Positions 50,146 to 61,800 of a DNA stretch of 64,000 nucleotides are shown here, piece by piece. Source of the DNA: Candidatus Poribacteria bacterium (GTDB lineage Bacteria; Poribacteria; WGA-4E; PCPOR2b); assembly GCA_965215015.1 (NCBI GenBank), contig OZ244042.1, positions 4,864,001-4,928,000 on the forward strand, given 5' to 3'. Under the pieces are notes generated by a model, which did not search any database, was not told where the DNA came from, and was given only the letters and a program-made list of their open reading frames with translations. A program made the translations under genes and the position numbers. Positions within the stretch are counted from its first letter, which is position 1. Each line of letters starts with the position of its first letter.

Positions 50146-51342
50146 TTAACTGCCCGCCATATCCGGGGGCCACAGATCTAATGTCGATCCACTGGGGCGT
50201 GGCCCCATCGGTCGAATCGGCAGCTGCTCGTAAGAACAATAAGAGAGATTTGCCAAGTGTGGTGTTTCTAGGCGGCTATGTCCCTGATGCCTTGAACGCA
50301 TAGCTGCATCCAAAACACCGGTCGTCAGCAGCGTCCGCTCAACGGGATATTGGGGAACCCCTGTAAGGAACATCTCTTCGATGTTTAGACTGAGATAACT
50401 AAAATGTGCATGGGCACCCCCGCTTTGCAGACAAAACTGGACGCCTTGAATCTTGCCATTAGTCTGGCCCGCATAGGCGAAGTCATGGGTGTAACCATTC
50501 AGCATCAACACCGCTGCCTTGAACCCATCGCTGTGTTCGATTAGGAAAACGGCGGGGTTCTCGCAATGGTCTTGGGGGTTTCCCTCCAGCTTGTCAGGGA
50601 TTGGCGCGCACGCAGCGGTCGCCAATTCGGGAGACCAACCTCCCTCCTCCCCTGCCTGCCAGACCGCATCCCCTTCCAAGCACTGAACAGCAACCACCCC
50701 GGACTCCCCACCGGTGCGTCGCTCGGTCATGCACTGTAACGTCTCCAAGGCATGGAAACCGTAGGATTCGATGCCGCCATAGCCAATCCCGATTGCGGCT
50801 TCGATTGGGGTGTCAAGGTCATACTCAAGGAACGGATTCCGCCAGCAGGTTGGCAGGGATGAACCCGCCATAAAGGGGACATTGAGCGTCTGGGCACGGT
50901 CATACATCCATTTGGCATCCGTCCAATTATAAGAGAGATGTTTGTCACAGAAAACGGGGACTGAACGCCCGCTCGATGCGAAAACACCACAAATCTGCTC
51001 AAACAGATAACGGCGCGGATACATGTGCTGCTCAAATTCGTTATACGGATAATCGCCATGTTCGCCAATCAGGAGGACACCATCAACCGCAAGTGCATTT
51101 CCACCGAGCGTCAGTGCTTGGCGGATACTCTGATAGATTGGGATGCCGTGTAATTCCGCAAGATCGCGTCCGATATCTCGGGGGTCAATCTGATCCAGAT
51201 AGATTGAAATCAAATCAACACGCGGCTGCCGAAGCCCCTCATCCGTCGGAAATCCCTTCATATACTTTGTGGCGATTACATCTGCGTGAGAGAGTGGATA
51301 GTATGTCGTGATGATAGCTGCAATCTTTTTACGCTCAGACAT
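50146..51342 (-). CDS. Conserved hypothetical protein, oxidoreductase-like
   Basis: SHADVI, LAVDGVLLIGEHGDYP, PVFCDKHLSY, MAGSSLP, YGFHALE, YPVERTLLTTG. Confidence 0.75.
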   Translation of the reverse strand: MSERKKIAAIITTYYPLSHADVIATKYMKGFPTDEGLRQPRVDLISIYLDQIDPRDIGRDLAELHGIPIYQSIRQALTLGGNALAVDGVLLIGEHGDYPYNEFEQHMYPRRYLFEQICGVFASSGRSVPVFCDKHLSYNWTDAKWMYDRAQTLNVPFMAGSSLPTCWRNPFLEYDLDTPIEAAIGIGYGGIESYGFHALETLQCMTERRTGGESGVVAVQCLEGDAVWQAGEEGGWSPELATAACAPIPDKLEGNPQDHCENPAVFLIEHSDGFKAAVLMLNGYTHDFAYAGQTNGKIQGVQFCLQSGGAHAHFSYLSLNIEEMFLTGVPQYPVERTLLTTGVLDAAMRSRHQGHSRLETPHLANLSYCSYEQLPIRPMGPRPSGSTLDLWPPDMAGS

Positions 51343-51439
51343 TGCAGTGCCCTTTCATTAAAAAGTGAAATGTTAGATTTACCTGAATCATAGGGAATTG
51401 TGTGCTATTATATCCCAAGAACCAACATGGGAGGCTAAC

Positions 51440-51716
51440 ATGAACAAAGAAACGCTGCAAATCGTAATTATGGTTGCTGGTTTTGCTATCACGATTATCA
51501 CCTGTCTCTTGAAATTTCCGAGTAGGGATTGAGGTGAATAAGCAATTCAATGATATGAACCAAAGGGCTAACGACATAAATCAAAGACTCATCGATTTGA
51601 GTGCTGATGTGAGACATATCTGCTACATGAAAGCCGGATGGGTCAAAGAAAGACGATTAATCTCCTTCCGAATCCCCATCTGCTTCGTTGTCTCATATCC
51701 TCTCACCAAGCGGTGA
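51440..51716 (+). pseudogene. Small TM / coiled-coil gene, frameshifted
   Basis: ggagg RBS; MNKETLQIVIMVAGFAITIITCLLKFPSRD* continues in the +1 frame as EVNKQFNDMNQRANDINQRLIDL. Confidence 0.55.
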
Positions 51717-51857
51717 TAGAAGTAAATCCGACTTCTCACACGCTAACCAGTATCATCCCAGTCCACCCAATAGATTGGTTGGTGCGGAGAGAAACCGAGC
51801 TTTTGCCAAAAACTCGGCTTCTGTTACGCGATTTCTTAACCGTTCAGAAATGCTTTA

Positions 51858-52784
51858 TCACCCCTGAACAACTGGATTCCTCAAAACACCAATCTTCTCA
51901 ATTTCAACCTCAACGACATCTCCATCAGTTAATTTCTGATCAGGGTGTCCGACACCTGCGGGCGTACCTGTTGAGATAATATCGCCCGGTTCAAGTGTGA
52001 CCAGCGTTGAGGTAAATTCCACGATTTCCGCACAATTAAAGATCATATGTCCCGTATTGGCATCTTGCTTGGTTTCACCGTTGACGCGACAGGCAATACG
52101 CAAATTGTGCGGGTCCGGAATCTCATCCTTTGTGGTCAGACATGGACCGATTGGCGCAAAGGTGTCGAACCATTTCCCATTGAGCCAATCAAACCATTCA
52201 TCTCCTTCTCGATCTACGCGGCTATCCTTCACTTTTAGCTCGCGTTCAGAAACATCGTTGACCGCAGTGTATCCGGCGACGTAATCGTAGGCTTCATCAG
52301 CGGAGATAAATTGCCCGCGCTTGCCGATGACGATGCCAATCTCTGCTTCCCAGTCGGTAAAGACACCGTTGGGAGGAATGATAATCGGTTGTTCATGGGC
52401 GACTATGGTTGTGGTCGGGGGTTTCATGAAAACACGCGGCGTCGTTTCCAAGCGGCTCAATGCGACGCCGCCACCTTCCTCAATATGCGAGGCATAATTC
52501 CCGGCAAGCAGCAATAGCTTCTTAGGATTGGGAATGGGGGACAGGAGCGGATCTGTACTCCAGACCGCTTTCCCCGGATTTTCCGCTGCCACGTTGATTG
52601 CATGTGTGGCGGCATCAAATGCTCTACCCCCGCCTTCGAGAAATGCAATCATTCCACTCAAAAGTGCAGGCAATGCGTCATCTGTGACCGCCGCTTGATA
52701 AGTAGCTTGCAGGTCTAAGACCTTATCATCAATTGATGCACCCAGTTTGGGACCATCAGAACTCTGGAAACTTACTAATCTCAT
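51858..52784 (-). CDS. Fumarylacetoacetate hydrolase family protein
   Basis: GNYASH, FMKP, DWEAEIG, NDVSER, GKWFDTFAPIGP, STGTPAGVG. Confidence 0.93.
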   Translation of the reverse strand: MRLVSFQSSDGPKLGASIDDKVLDLQATYQAAVTDDALPALLSGMIAFLEGGGRAFDAATHAINVAAENPGKAVWSTDPLLSPIPNPKKLLLLAGNYASHIEEGGGVALSRLETTPRVFMKPPTTTIVAHEQPIIIPPNGVFTDWEAEIGIVIGKRGQFISADEAYDYVAGYTAVNDVSERELKVKDSRVDREGDEWFDWLNGKWFDTFAPIGPCLTTKDEIPDPHNLRIACRVNGETKQDANTGHMIFNCAEIVEFTSTLVTLEPGDIISTGTPAGVGHPDQKLTDGDVVEVEIEKIGVLRNPVVQG

Positions 52785-53093
52785 GGGATCTCCTTTGGTT
52801 GTTTTTGCGGATTAAAATCACCCACACATCTATCGAAACGACAAACCCAAAACACACCTTCACAGCGAAGGGGCGTGTGGATTGGTTAAAATTCGGTCTG
52901 CTTCCCTCTATTCTCTAACCTATACAGGAAGCGGCTGGAGCATGGGATAAGGAGCAATCTACGCTATTATGACGAGAGGGATTATAGCAGACTCGCTAAT
53001 TCAAGTCAACGACAATATAGTTGCAAAGAAACAGCGGCTTTTGTATAATAAGCTCAACTGATTATAAACCCATACCATAGAGGGAGGACACAA

Positions 53094-53804
53094 ATGAAGC
53101 TGAATAACGGAATTCAACTGACATGCCTCGGACACGCAACCTTCAAGATTGAATCTGAGGGGCAGATTTTTCTAATAGATCCGTGGGTGACCAATAATCC
53201 ATCATGCCCAGATGCCCTTAAAACATTTGACAAACTCGATGCCATACTCATCACACACGGGCACGCCGATCACATCGGCGACGCTGTTGATTTGGCGAAG
53301 CAGCACTCACCGACCGTTGTGGGGATAATCGAAGTCAGCAATTGGCTCGAAGGTAAAAGCGTCGAAAACACAATTGGGATGAACAAAGGGGGCACCGTTT
53401 CGATCAATGGGCTAAACGCAACCATGGTAACAGCCAACCATAGCAGCAGCTTCACGGAGGACGATGGCACAATCGTCTATCTCGGTGAACCTGCGGGATA
53501 TATCCTCGAATTTTCAAATGGATATAAAATTTACCATGCGGGGGACACCAATGTGTTCGGCGATATGCTGATCATCGGTGAAATCTATCAGCCGGATCTC
53601 GCCCTCTTGCCAATCGGCGACCACTTCACAATGGGGCCCCGTGAGGCAGCTTATGCGGCGCAGCTGCTCAATGTGCCTACTATTGTTCCGATACATTACG
53701 GAACATTTCCAATTCTGACAGGAACACCGGACGCACTGCGCGAGTTAACCAAGGGTCAAACGGTTGAAATCGTCGAACTCCAGCCGGGCGAAACATTAGA
53801 TTGA
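53094..53804 (+). CDS. Metal-dependent hydrolase, metallo-beta-lactamase fold (UPF0173-like)
   Basis: LGHATF, THGHADHIGD, YHAGDT, LPIGDHFTMGP, PIHYGTF. Confidence 0.92.
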   Translation: MKLNNGIQLTCLGHATFKIESEGQIFLIDPWVTNNPSCPDALKTFDKLDAILITHGHADHIGDAVDLAKQHSPTVVGIIEVSNWLEGKSVENTIGMNKGGTVSINGLNATMVTANHSSSFTEDDGTIVYLGEPAGYILEFSNGYKIYHAGDTNVFGDMLIIGEIYQPDLALLPIGDHFTMGPREAAYAAQLLNVPTIVPIHYGTFPILTGTPDALRELTKGQTVEIVELQPGETLD

Positions 53805-53839
53805 AATATGATGTGTAATCTGCAAGATTAAGACAAGTT

Positions 53840-54270
53840 GCTAGGGCGTGTTAACATTTGACAACGGGCAGGTTGGGTTGAACGGTAAAGGCAAATCCCT
53901 ATCAAACACAATAGAAGCCGCGCTTTTCAACAACACCCTTTTATTGGATAAATAAAGTGAAACCCAACACCATAACCGTAGGTCGATCATCTTGCCCGGT
54001 CCGATACTGGCATATAGCCTGTCTGTCGAGGTTCATATCTCGATACCCAAATGGCAACAGAAACTAGTTATTGAAAATCCGTCGGAGTCCTTGTAGGGGC
54101 GGGGAAACCCCGCCCGTTAAATGTTCAACCTTCCGGTCCAGAGGAGCGATATGTCTATAGTATCTCGATGTGTCCGATCTCCGCGCTCCAGAGGAGCACA
54201 ATGGGTATAGCAGGGTATAGCAAAGCATGTTTAAGCTCCAGTTGCTCTGAATCCCAATCTTATCGGGGTG
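53840..54270. repeat. Cluster of REP-like palindromes
   Basis: gtaggtcgatcatcttgcccg, gtaggggcggggaaaccccgccc, two copies of tccagaggagc...tatag. Confidence 0.7.
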
Positions 54271-54344
54271 GGACGACAGGGAGCAACTTGTGTTAAAATA
54301 ACGGTTACATCTCAATTTGCTAATCTTTAACAGGAGACCTGAAA

Positions 54345-55163
54345 ATGAGAATTGCTTATGCTCGACGCGAAGAGATGGAAGAAATCAGCAGCGTCCATGG
54401 GGGGGCGAAGTCCATCTTATTCAAAAGTCTTTTTGGAAGCGATGACTTTGGAACCCCCTGGCGGTTTATCCATAGCGCGATCCTTCTGCCCGGCGGCGGT
54501 ATCGGGCACCATCGGCACGATACCGCTGAGGAAGTTTTCGTCACGGTCGACAACGCAGCCCAATTTACGCACAACGGTCGCACAGCGGAGATTGTCGGCG
54601 GCGCAGCCGTTCCGTTGCGTCAAGGGGAATCTCACGCCATCTACAATCACACCGCCAAAGAGACGCGATGGTTTAATTTCAATGTTGCAGCAATCGGTAT
54701 ACCCCCGGATTCGACCGATTTCGGTGATGATCGCGCCAATGCACCCTTGGAGTCGATTGATCGCTTGCCTGTCGCTAGACTGGATCGCAATCTGCTGACC
54801 TATGGTTGCGCGCACGAAGGTAAAGGCGAAATCGGTGCCCGGACGCTATGGGAACATCAGGATTTCCGCAACAATTGGGGTTTCGTCAGCCATGCCTTGT
54901 TACCGCCCGGCACGTCCGTCGGCTATCATCGGCACGACCGTATCGAGGAGGCTTACATCATCCTGAATGGCAGCGGCCGGATGACCGTCGACGATGAAAC
55001 AGAGGAGGTCTACGAAGGTGCAGCGATTCCCAATCGGCTTGGGGGATCACACGGGATCCATAATCACACGCAGACGGACCTTGAGATGCTTGTGGTTGCT
55101 GTGTGCCTTGAACGGGGCAAGACTGACGCCACCAATTTCGGGGATGATTTGACGACGCGGTAG
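54345..55163 (+). CDS. Bicupin protein
   Basis: Two repeats GHHRHD..EE...HAIYNH and GYHRHD..EE...HGIHNH, each ending in FGDD. Confidence 0.88.
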   Translation: MRIAYARREEMEEISSVHGGAKSILFKSLFGSDDFGTPWRFIHSAILLPGGGIGHHRHDTAEEVFVTVDNAAQFTHNGRTAEIVGGAAVPLRQGESHAIYNHTAKETRWFNFNVAAIGIPPDSTDFGDDRANAPLESIDRLPVARLDRNLLTYGCAHEGKGEIGARTLWEHQDFRNNWGFVSHALLPPGTSVGYHRHDRIEEAYIILNGSGRMTVDDETEEVYEGAAIPNRLGGSHGIHNHTQTDLEMLVVAVCLERGKTDATNFGDDLTTR

Positions 55164-55210
55164 CGTACTACCCAAAACGTGAGGCGTGAAAGATAAAGAG
55201 GGGAAAAGCC

Positions 55211-55674
55211 ATGCAGGAGCCTGTTAATCCCAATCTAATCACTCTTCGTGAGGCGATGGACACTAACCCCCTCAATATTTCAAGGTTGGAAGGTGTCGTT
55301 TCATAACTGGAGAAACGGATTGACAATCTTGAACATGAGATGCGCGAGCTGAGAGTTGAGTTGGTAGGTCGCATTGATAAAATTCATGCTGAACTTGGGG
55401 GTCGATCGCCCACTTCTATACAGAACTGAGTGGTCGTGTTGACGGACTCAATAGGGAACTGAGTCAGCGCATCGATCAGAAGAACGTATTAATAGACGTT
55501 TGGATCGACGGAATCGAAGTTGGGCTCAGTAGACGCAGCGACCTACTTGAAGATCGGATGAACAAAATGTCTGATTCAATAGGAAAAATCTATAGATGGA
55601 TGATTGGTTTGATTTTGCCAATTTGGGTAGCAGGCGGGATTGCCCTCATCAAATTTATCTTTTCTGGCGGATAG
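55211..55674 (+). pseudogene. Coiled-coil + C-terminal TM gene (DUF1640/CCDC90-like architecture), disrupted
   Basis: Internal TAA at 55304 and a frameshift near 55405; ELxGRID-type repeats; ends YRWMIGLILPIWVAGGIALIKFIFSGG*. Confidence 0.65.
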
Positions 55675-55735
55675 ATCGGGGATAGTTCCATCCGTTCGAT
55701 TTGAAACGGCGTTTCACTCAATTGGAAATCTACAA

Positions 55736-56758
55736 ATGGATTCACTGGTTCGAGTTATAGCGAAGGGAAAATTCCGGACTCTTAGGGTATTTACTCACGG
55801 AATACGTCATGTGTTCTATGTTTTCGTCTGGTTCAGTGCCGTAGCGGCGGCAGAAGCCAAATCACTTGCCGATTATCCGAATCAAGTAACGCGGGAGGGC
55901 GAGCTCGTTGTCCTACCTGACCGGGGCACCGTCTATATTGCAACAGACTTTCATACGCAGTGGAGCAATTTTAATAGATGGTTGACACAGACAAGACTGG
56001 TGGAGCGGATTACGGCTGGGGAAGATGTCTACGGTTTGATCCTCGGTGATGTGGTCAATCACAAGCCGGGAGATCCAATCTTTGAACCTGACGGGGATGT
56101 GAAGATTGTTGACCGAATTATGCAACTGCAGCAGCTGTTGGGCGAAGAACGTGTCATCTATCTCCGAGGGAATCACGAACTTGCGTCCGTTGATACGTAT
56201 GCCCTGCTCAAAAAAGCCGGTATGAATGCGGACAACCGCCGGGATATGATTGCTCGGCTTTATCAGACTGTCCACGGTGCTTACTTCAAGCAGTTCAATT
56301 TCATTGAGCGGATGACAGATGAGCATTACGATTACCTGACCAAACTCCCAACGACTGCTATCGGTAAAAACGGAATTGTCGGTGTTCACGCGGGGGCGGC
56401 ACGTTCTGCCAAAAACCTCGCTGCCCTCGCTCGCCCAAGCAAAAAGGTGCTTGACGAACTGCTCTGGGGCCGTCCTGCTATCGTACTGAAGAGCGGATAC
56501 ACCCCGTCTGAAACGGCTGAATTCCTCGAAAGAATCGGAGGTAGGTTGCTGATTGTAGGACACACGCCGCTGGTATCTTTCCCCAAGGATGAGGTCACCG
56601 ATGGCGTGGCACGACTCGGGAGGCATCAACTCATCTTCTCAACCGGTTATGGTGCGCCGCCGGGGGGGCAATCCTACCTTGTCATCGATCTCTCCAAACG
56701 TTACAATGCTGTCACCGAACTGCGATACGGTGCGGAGATTCATCCACTGCGTCCCTAA
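55736..56758 (+). CDS. Calcineurin-like metallophosphoesterase
   Basis: TDFH, LGDVV, LRGNHE, VHAG, LLWGR, VGHTP; start uncertain. Confidence 0.85.
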   Translation: MDSLVRVIAKGKFRTLRVFTHGIRHVFYVFVWFSAVAAAEAKSLADYPNQVTREGELVVLPDRGTVYIATDFHTQWSNFNRWLTQTRLVERITAGEDVYGLILGDVVNHKPGDPIFEPDGDVKIVDRIMQLQQLLGEERVIYLRGNHELASVDTYALLKKAGMNADNRRDMIARLYQTVHGAYFKQFNFIERMTDEHYDYLTKLPTTAIGKNGIVGVHAGAARSAKNLAALARPSKKVLDELLWGRPAIVLKSGYTPSETAEFLERIGGRLLIVGHTPLVSFPKDEVTDGVARLGRHQLIFSTGYGAPPGGQSYLVIDLSKRYNAVTELRYGAEIHPLRP

Positions 56759-56789
56759 AGACTCAATTCCGTTTCACAAAGGACCATCT

Positions 56790-57695
56790 ATGTCGCGTTT
56801 ATTGCTTTACGTCATGTTACCTGTGCTCATTGCCTGCGCCTTCATCGCCTCCCGATTCGTGAGTTGGGATAGCCTAAAAGGGGAGGACCCCAAGGCTCTC
56901 CAGTTCGTTGTCAAAGGTACCGAATTTTTAGGGCGACAAACAGACCGTGATAACCGCAGCGCAGTCTCCGCCTTCAGTCGTGCGATTGAAATCAGTCCAA
57001 AATACGCAGAAGCTTACATTAAACGTGGACTCGCTTACTATCGTCTGAGCAAATATCGAAAAGCAATTGAGGATTATACGGAGACGCTGAACCTGAATCG
57101 GTATGCAGCCGATGCCTACTACAGTCGTGGGGATGCTCATCGCGCCGTGGGTGATTATCAGCGGGCCCTCACTGATTACACGGCATCGTTGGAAAAAAGA
57201 TGGGCGGGATTTGTAACATGGAAGCGCGCAGAAACCTATCTGGCGATGGGAGATACGCAGCGCGCGCTTGCAGACTACGACGCAGTCATCAAGCGCAAAC
57301 CCGGTGCCGCAGCCTACTACTATCGAGGGCTCGCCTACGCCCAGATGAGTGAAAATCTGCCCGCTCTCAAAGACCTTGACAAGGCAATCGAGATTGAGCC
57401 TGCATTTGCGGAGGCATATCTCCGCCGAGGCGAAACCTATCTTCGACTCAATCAACCGGACGCAGCAGAATCTGACTATCACAAAGTCGTTGCCTTCGCA
57501 ACAGATGAGATTCAACAATGGGGAGAGGACCATCCAACATTGGGTCCGGTCTATTTCCGCAGGGCGGCCGCATATCAACGACTCGGGCATTACGACGATG
57601 CACTCGCCGATTACGAGAAAGTCATCGCGCTTCAACCGGGATCGGAGATTGCACAGAAAGCGGCGGGGAAATTGGATCTGGAGCTCAACGAATGA
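56790..57695 (+). CDS. Tetratricopeptide repeat protein with N-terminal TM
   Basis: Repeated AY..RG.AY..L..Y..A..DY; ATG 56790 with aagga RBS. Confidence 0.9.
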   Translation: MSRLLLYVMLPVLIACAFIASRFVSWDSLKGEDPKALQFVVKGTEFLGRQTDRDNRSAVSAFSRAIEISPKYAEAYIKRGLAYYRLSKYRKAIEDYTETLNLNRYAADAYYSRGDAHRAVGDYQRALTDYTASLEKRWAGFVTWKRAETYLAMGDTQRALADYDAVIKRKPGAAAYYYRGLAYAQMSENLPALKDLDKAIEIEPAFAEAYLRRGETYLRLNQPDAAESDYHKVVAFATDEIQQWGEDHPTLGPVYFRRAAAYQRLGHYDDALADYEKVIALQPGSEIAQKAAGKLDLELNE

Positions 57696-57729
57696 TTCCA
57701 ACCGTCTCGGAAACTCGAGAGATTTCACC

Positions 57730-58155
57730 ATGCCATACAAATACCGCACAACACGCCGAATCGAATTTTCCGACACCGACATGGCGGGCATCGTCCACTT
57801 CGCACGGTTCTTTGTGTTTATGGAATCTGCCGAACACGAATTCCTCCGTTCATTGGGAACGAGCGTCGCCACGGAATGGGAAGGGAACAAAATCGGATGG
57901 CCCCGACTGGCGGCCTCGTGTAAATATCTCAAGCCTATCAAATTTGAAGATGAGTTGGAAATCCATCTGACAGTTACCAAAAAAGGAACCAAATCCCTCA
58001 CCTATCAATTCGTTTTTATGAAGGAGAATGTAGAGGTCGCTAACGGTCAGTTGATGGCGGTGTGTTGCGTCTGTAACCCCGGCGAAAAACTGAGAGCCAT
58101 CCCGATACCGGATTTTATCACGAATCAGATTGAAGTCTCAGAATGTGAAACATAA
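57730..58155 (+). CDS. Acyl-CoA thioesterase (4HBT/YbgC hotdog fold)
   Basis: RRIEFSDTDMAGIVHFARFF, YLKPIKFEDEL. Confidence 0.92.
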   Translation: MPYKYRTTRRIEFSDTDMAGIVHFARFFVFMESAEHEFLRSLGTSVATEWEGNKIGWPRLAASCKYLKPIKFEDELEIHLTVTKKGTKSLTYQFVFMKENVEVANGQLMAVCCVCNPGEKLRAIPIPDFITNQIEVSECET

Positions 58156-58198
58156 AACCTATTTGTTTCAATTAATGAACTAATCCACCAATAACCCA

Positions 58199-58873
58199 AT
58201 GAACTCTCTCAAGGTATCCGATATCTATAAAAACTTTGGGGTTGAAGCGCAACCGATTGAAGTGCTTCGGGGCATTTCGTTTGAAATGGCGCAGGGCGAA
58301 TCCCTTGCCATCACCGGTCCCTCTGGCTCTGGGAAAAGTACACTGCTGCACCTAATCGGCACATTAGACCGACCTTCATCGGGAAAGATTGAAATAAATG
58401 GCGAAGACCCGTTTGGGCTGCCAGAACCACAACTCGCCAGATTTCGGAATCAGGGGGTCGGCTTTGTCTTTCAAGACCACCATCTATTGCCACAGTATTC
58501 GGTCTGGGAAAACGTGCTAGTTCCCACTATGGCTTTCAAGAACCTCGATGGGGAGGCCGAAAAGCGTGCGGGGGAACTCCTCGAACGGGTCGGGCTTGAC
58601 CACCGTTTGAGTCATCGCCCCGCGGAGCTTTCCGGCGGGGAGCGGCAACGCGTGGCGGTGGCACGTGCCCTTATCAACCAACCCAGCCTCCTCCTCTGTG
58701 ATGAACCCACAGGTAACCTCGATCGCTCCACCGCGGATGAGGTATCTTCCCTGTTATTTGAACTTCACCAAGCCGAGCAGAACATTCTGATTGTGGTAAC
58801 CCACAATCTTGAACTCGCGTCGCGCTTTGGGCGCCGTTTTGAACTGGAGGCGGGCGGATGCACCGAAGTTTAA
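58199..58873 (+). CDS. ABC transporter ATP-binding protein (LolD/MacB-like)
   Basis: [32 protein letters not shown]. Confidence 0.95.
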   Translation: MNSLKVSDIYKNFGVEAQPIEVLRGISFEMAQGESLAITGPSGSGKSTLLHLIGTLDRPSSGKIEINGEDPFGLPEPQLARFRNQGVGFVFQDHHLLPQYSVWENVLVPTMAFKNLDGEAEKRAGELLERVGLDHRLSHRPAELSGGERQRVAVARALINQPSLLLCDEPTGNLDRSTADEVSSLLFELHQAEQNILIVVTHNLELASRFGRRFELEAGGCTEV

Positions 58874-61800
58874 TCTATTTTTGGCGAATTCAGCTCGCGC
58901 TGTTGCTGGGTGTTGCGGTGGCAACGGCGGTGCTGACTGGTGCGCTGCTCGTCGGGGATTCCGTCCGGGGTAGCTTGCACAATCTCACTTTAGATCGATT
59001 GGGGCGCATCGATTATGCGCTCGTATCAGAGCGATTTTTTCGTGAGGACTTAGCAACGAATTTATCGCGCCAATTGGAGGGTGAAACACAATTTCATCAG
59101 GAAACGGTGCCGGCGATTTTGTTGAGCGGTACTGCGGTCAATGCCACAACCAAGGCTCGCGCCTCTCGTGTCCAGATTCAGGGCATCGATGAACGATTTA
59201 CAAGTTTGTGGGAGGAGGCTTCCGGTCAGTCCGCTCCCCCTTTGGAAAGACAGCCGGGGGAGCTCTTTCCATCAGTCCATATCAACCAATCCCTTCAAAA
59301 TGAATTAGATATAAAAGTTGGTGAGCAACTCCTCCTCTCCTTTGAAAAACACAGTGAGGTCCATCGCGAATTTTTGCTCGGTCACCGGGATTCATCGGAT
59401 GTCCTTCAAACCCTGCGACTCACCGTCACGAAAATCCTTCCAGACCGTGGCATCGGCAGCTTTGGGTTGCGTCCCAATCAAAGCCGCCCGCTAAACGCTT
59501 ATGTTTCGCTTGCCATCTTGCAAAAAGCCCTCGGAACTGGAGCGAAGGTCAACACAATTTTCGCATCTGCTGCATCTCCCGACCTATCCAATCTTACGAC
59601 AACTGATGCTCTTCCCGCCTTACAAAATAGATTACATCAGCTTTTGAAATTAGAGGACCTCGGCTTGAAGCTGCGCCACGTATCTTCCGAATCCATCGGG
59701 GGAGTGGGGTATCTTTCCCTTGAAAGCACGCAATTTCTGCTCAAGCAGGATATCATTGAGGTTGCCCAAGCGGTCGCGATTGAGCGGCGGACACTGTCTC
59801 TACCAATCCTGACCTACTTAGCCAACACCATTACCGCCAACGGGCGAACGATTCCGTATTCAACAATTACGGGATTAGATACGCAGCGTGCCTTTTCCCT
59901 TGAATTAATCGATGGCTCACCGGCACCTCCGCTTGCGGATGACGAAATCCTCCTCAACGAATGGGCTGCCATAGATTTGGGTGCAAAGGTTGGAGATCAA
60001 ATTGATGTGAGTTATTATATTGTGGGTCCCAGAGAAAAGTTGTTGACACGAGGCGCGCAATTCCGCTTGAAGGGGGTTATTGCGATGGAAGGTCTAGCCG
60101 CCGATCGGGGACTGACGCCAGAATTTCCGGGGATTCACAAGGCGGATGATATGTCCGAATGGAACGCCCCCTTTCCGATCGATCTTAGCCAGATTCGTCC
60201 CAAGGATGAGGTGTACTGGGATCTCTTCCGGGCGACCCCCAAAGCGTTTGTGTCAGACGGAGCAGCGCAACAGTTGTGGCGTAGCCGGTTCGGAGATTTA
60301 ACTGCTATTCAGATTAGGACAGTTTTTGGTGTTGACCTTCAAACAACCCAAACCAACTTTCAAAGGCGGTTGCTGGAAAAAATCCGCCCAGAACAGGTCG
60401 GTTTGGTGTTTCGGTCCGTCAAAGCAGACGGTTTAGAAGCCGCTACAGGGGCGACGGATTTTAGCACACTTTTTATCGGATTCAGCCTGTTTCTCATTAT
60501 ATCCGCTGCCCTTTTGGTGGGATTGCTTTTCAGACTAGGTGTCGAACAACGGGCGAGCGAAATCGGTATTCTGCTGGCTGCGGGGTATCCCATCTCGACC
60601 GTCCGTCGACGTTTTATGAAGGAGGGCGGATTAATCGCTGGAATCGGCTGCTTGATTGGACTGGGAGGAGGAATCATTTACGCGTGGCTGCTGATGACTG
60701 GGCTACGCACCTGGTGGTTAGCGGCGGTGGGGACGCCTTTCCTGACTTTACATGTCAGTCCATTAAGTTTGGTGCTAGGATATCTGATCGCCCTTGTCGT
60801 GGTCCTATTTTCGATCGGTTGGACTGTTCGGCGGTTCGGCAAAGTCCCTATTCTAACGCTGATCGCGGGCGGGTCAGGGATTGATGGATTCTCCAATCAG
60901 CGTTCAAGTGGCGGCATTCCGAACCGAATCCTTGCCCTTGCCAGCTTGGGGCTTGCCCTTGCCTTGACGATATTCGCCCTCGTCTCCGCCACCGCTTCGA
61001 CTGGACTCTTTTTCGGAAGCGGAGTGCTGTTACTCATCGCGGGACTGGCTTTCTTCTCTATCTGGGTCCGATTAGGTAGAGGAAGGATGGATCAACCGAA
61101 GGTCGCCGTAGCGACACAGATGGGAATTAAAAATAGCGGACGCCATCCGGGGCGCAGTATGCTGTGTGCGGCGTTGGTTGGCAGTGCCTGCTTTGTCATC
61201 GTTGCGGTGGGGGCGAACCGCCATGTTGAGCGGGAACAGGGGAGCACACCACAAAAGGAATCCGGCACCGGCGGATTCGCTTTGGTGGCTGAATCCGACA
61301 TCCCATTGCATCATAATCTTAATTCTAGGGAAGGCCGATTTGAGTTGGGATTTTCCGAATCTGACTCGGACCTTACGACTGGCACCCTAATTTTCCCCTT
61401 CCGCCTCCTGCCGGGAGAAGATGCAAGCTGCCTTAATCTCTATCGTCCCCAAAAACCTCGAATTTTAGGGGCTGCCAAGGATTTTACTGATCGGGACGGA
61501 TTCCAATTTCACACGACAACAGCAGCGAAAGAAAATCCGTGGGAGTTACTGCAAGACGAGCTGGAACCGGGCGTTATTCCCGCCATCGGGGATTATAACT
61601 CCGTCCAGTGGATTTTACACCTTGGGCTTGGCGATGAGCTGAGTATCCAAGACGAACAGGGAGACCAATTAAAACTTCGTTTGGTCGGAATTTTACAGCG
61701 CAGTATCTTTCAGAGTGAACTGTTGATTTCCGAAGCCAATTTCAAGAAACACTTCCCAAGCCGAAGTGGATATGCATATTTCTTAATTCAGACCCCTTCA

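Noticed and set aside
55913-58001. Long minus-strand ORFs (238 aa and 357 aa)
   Set aside because: Antisense shadows of well-supported phosphoesterase, TPR and thioesterase genes; no motifs.
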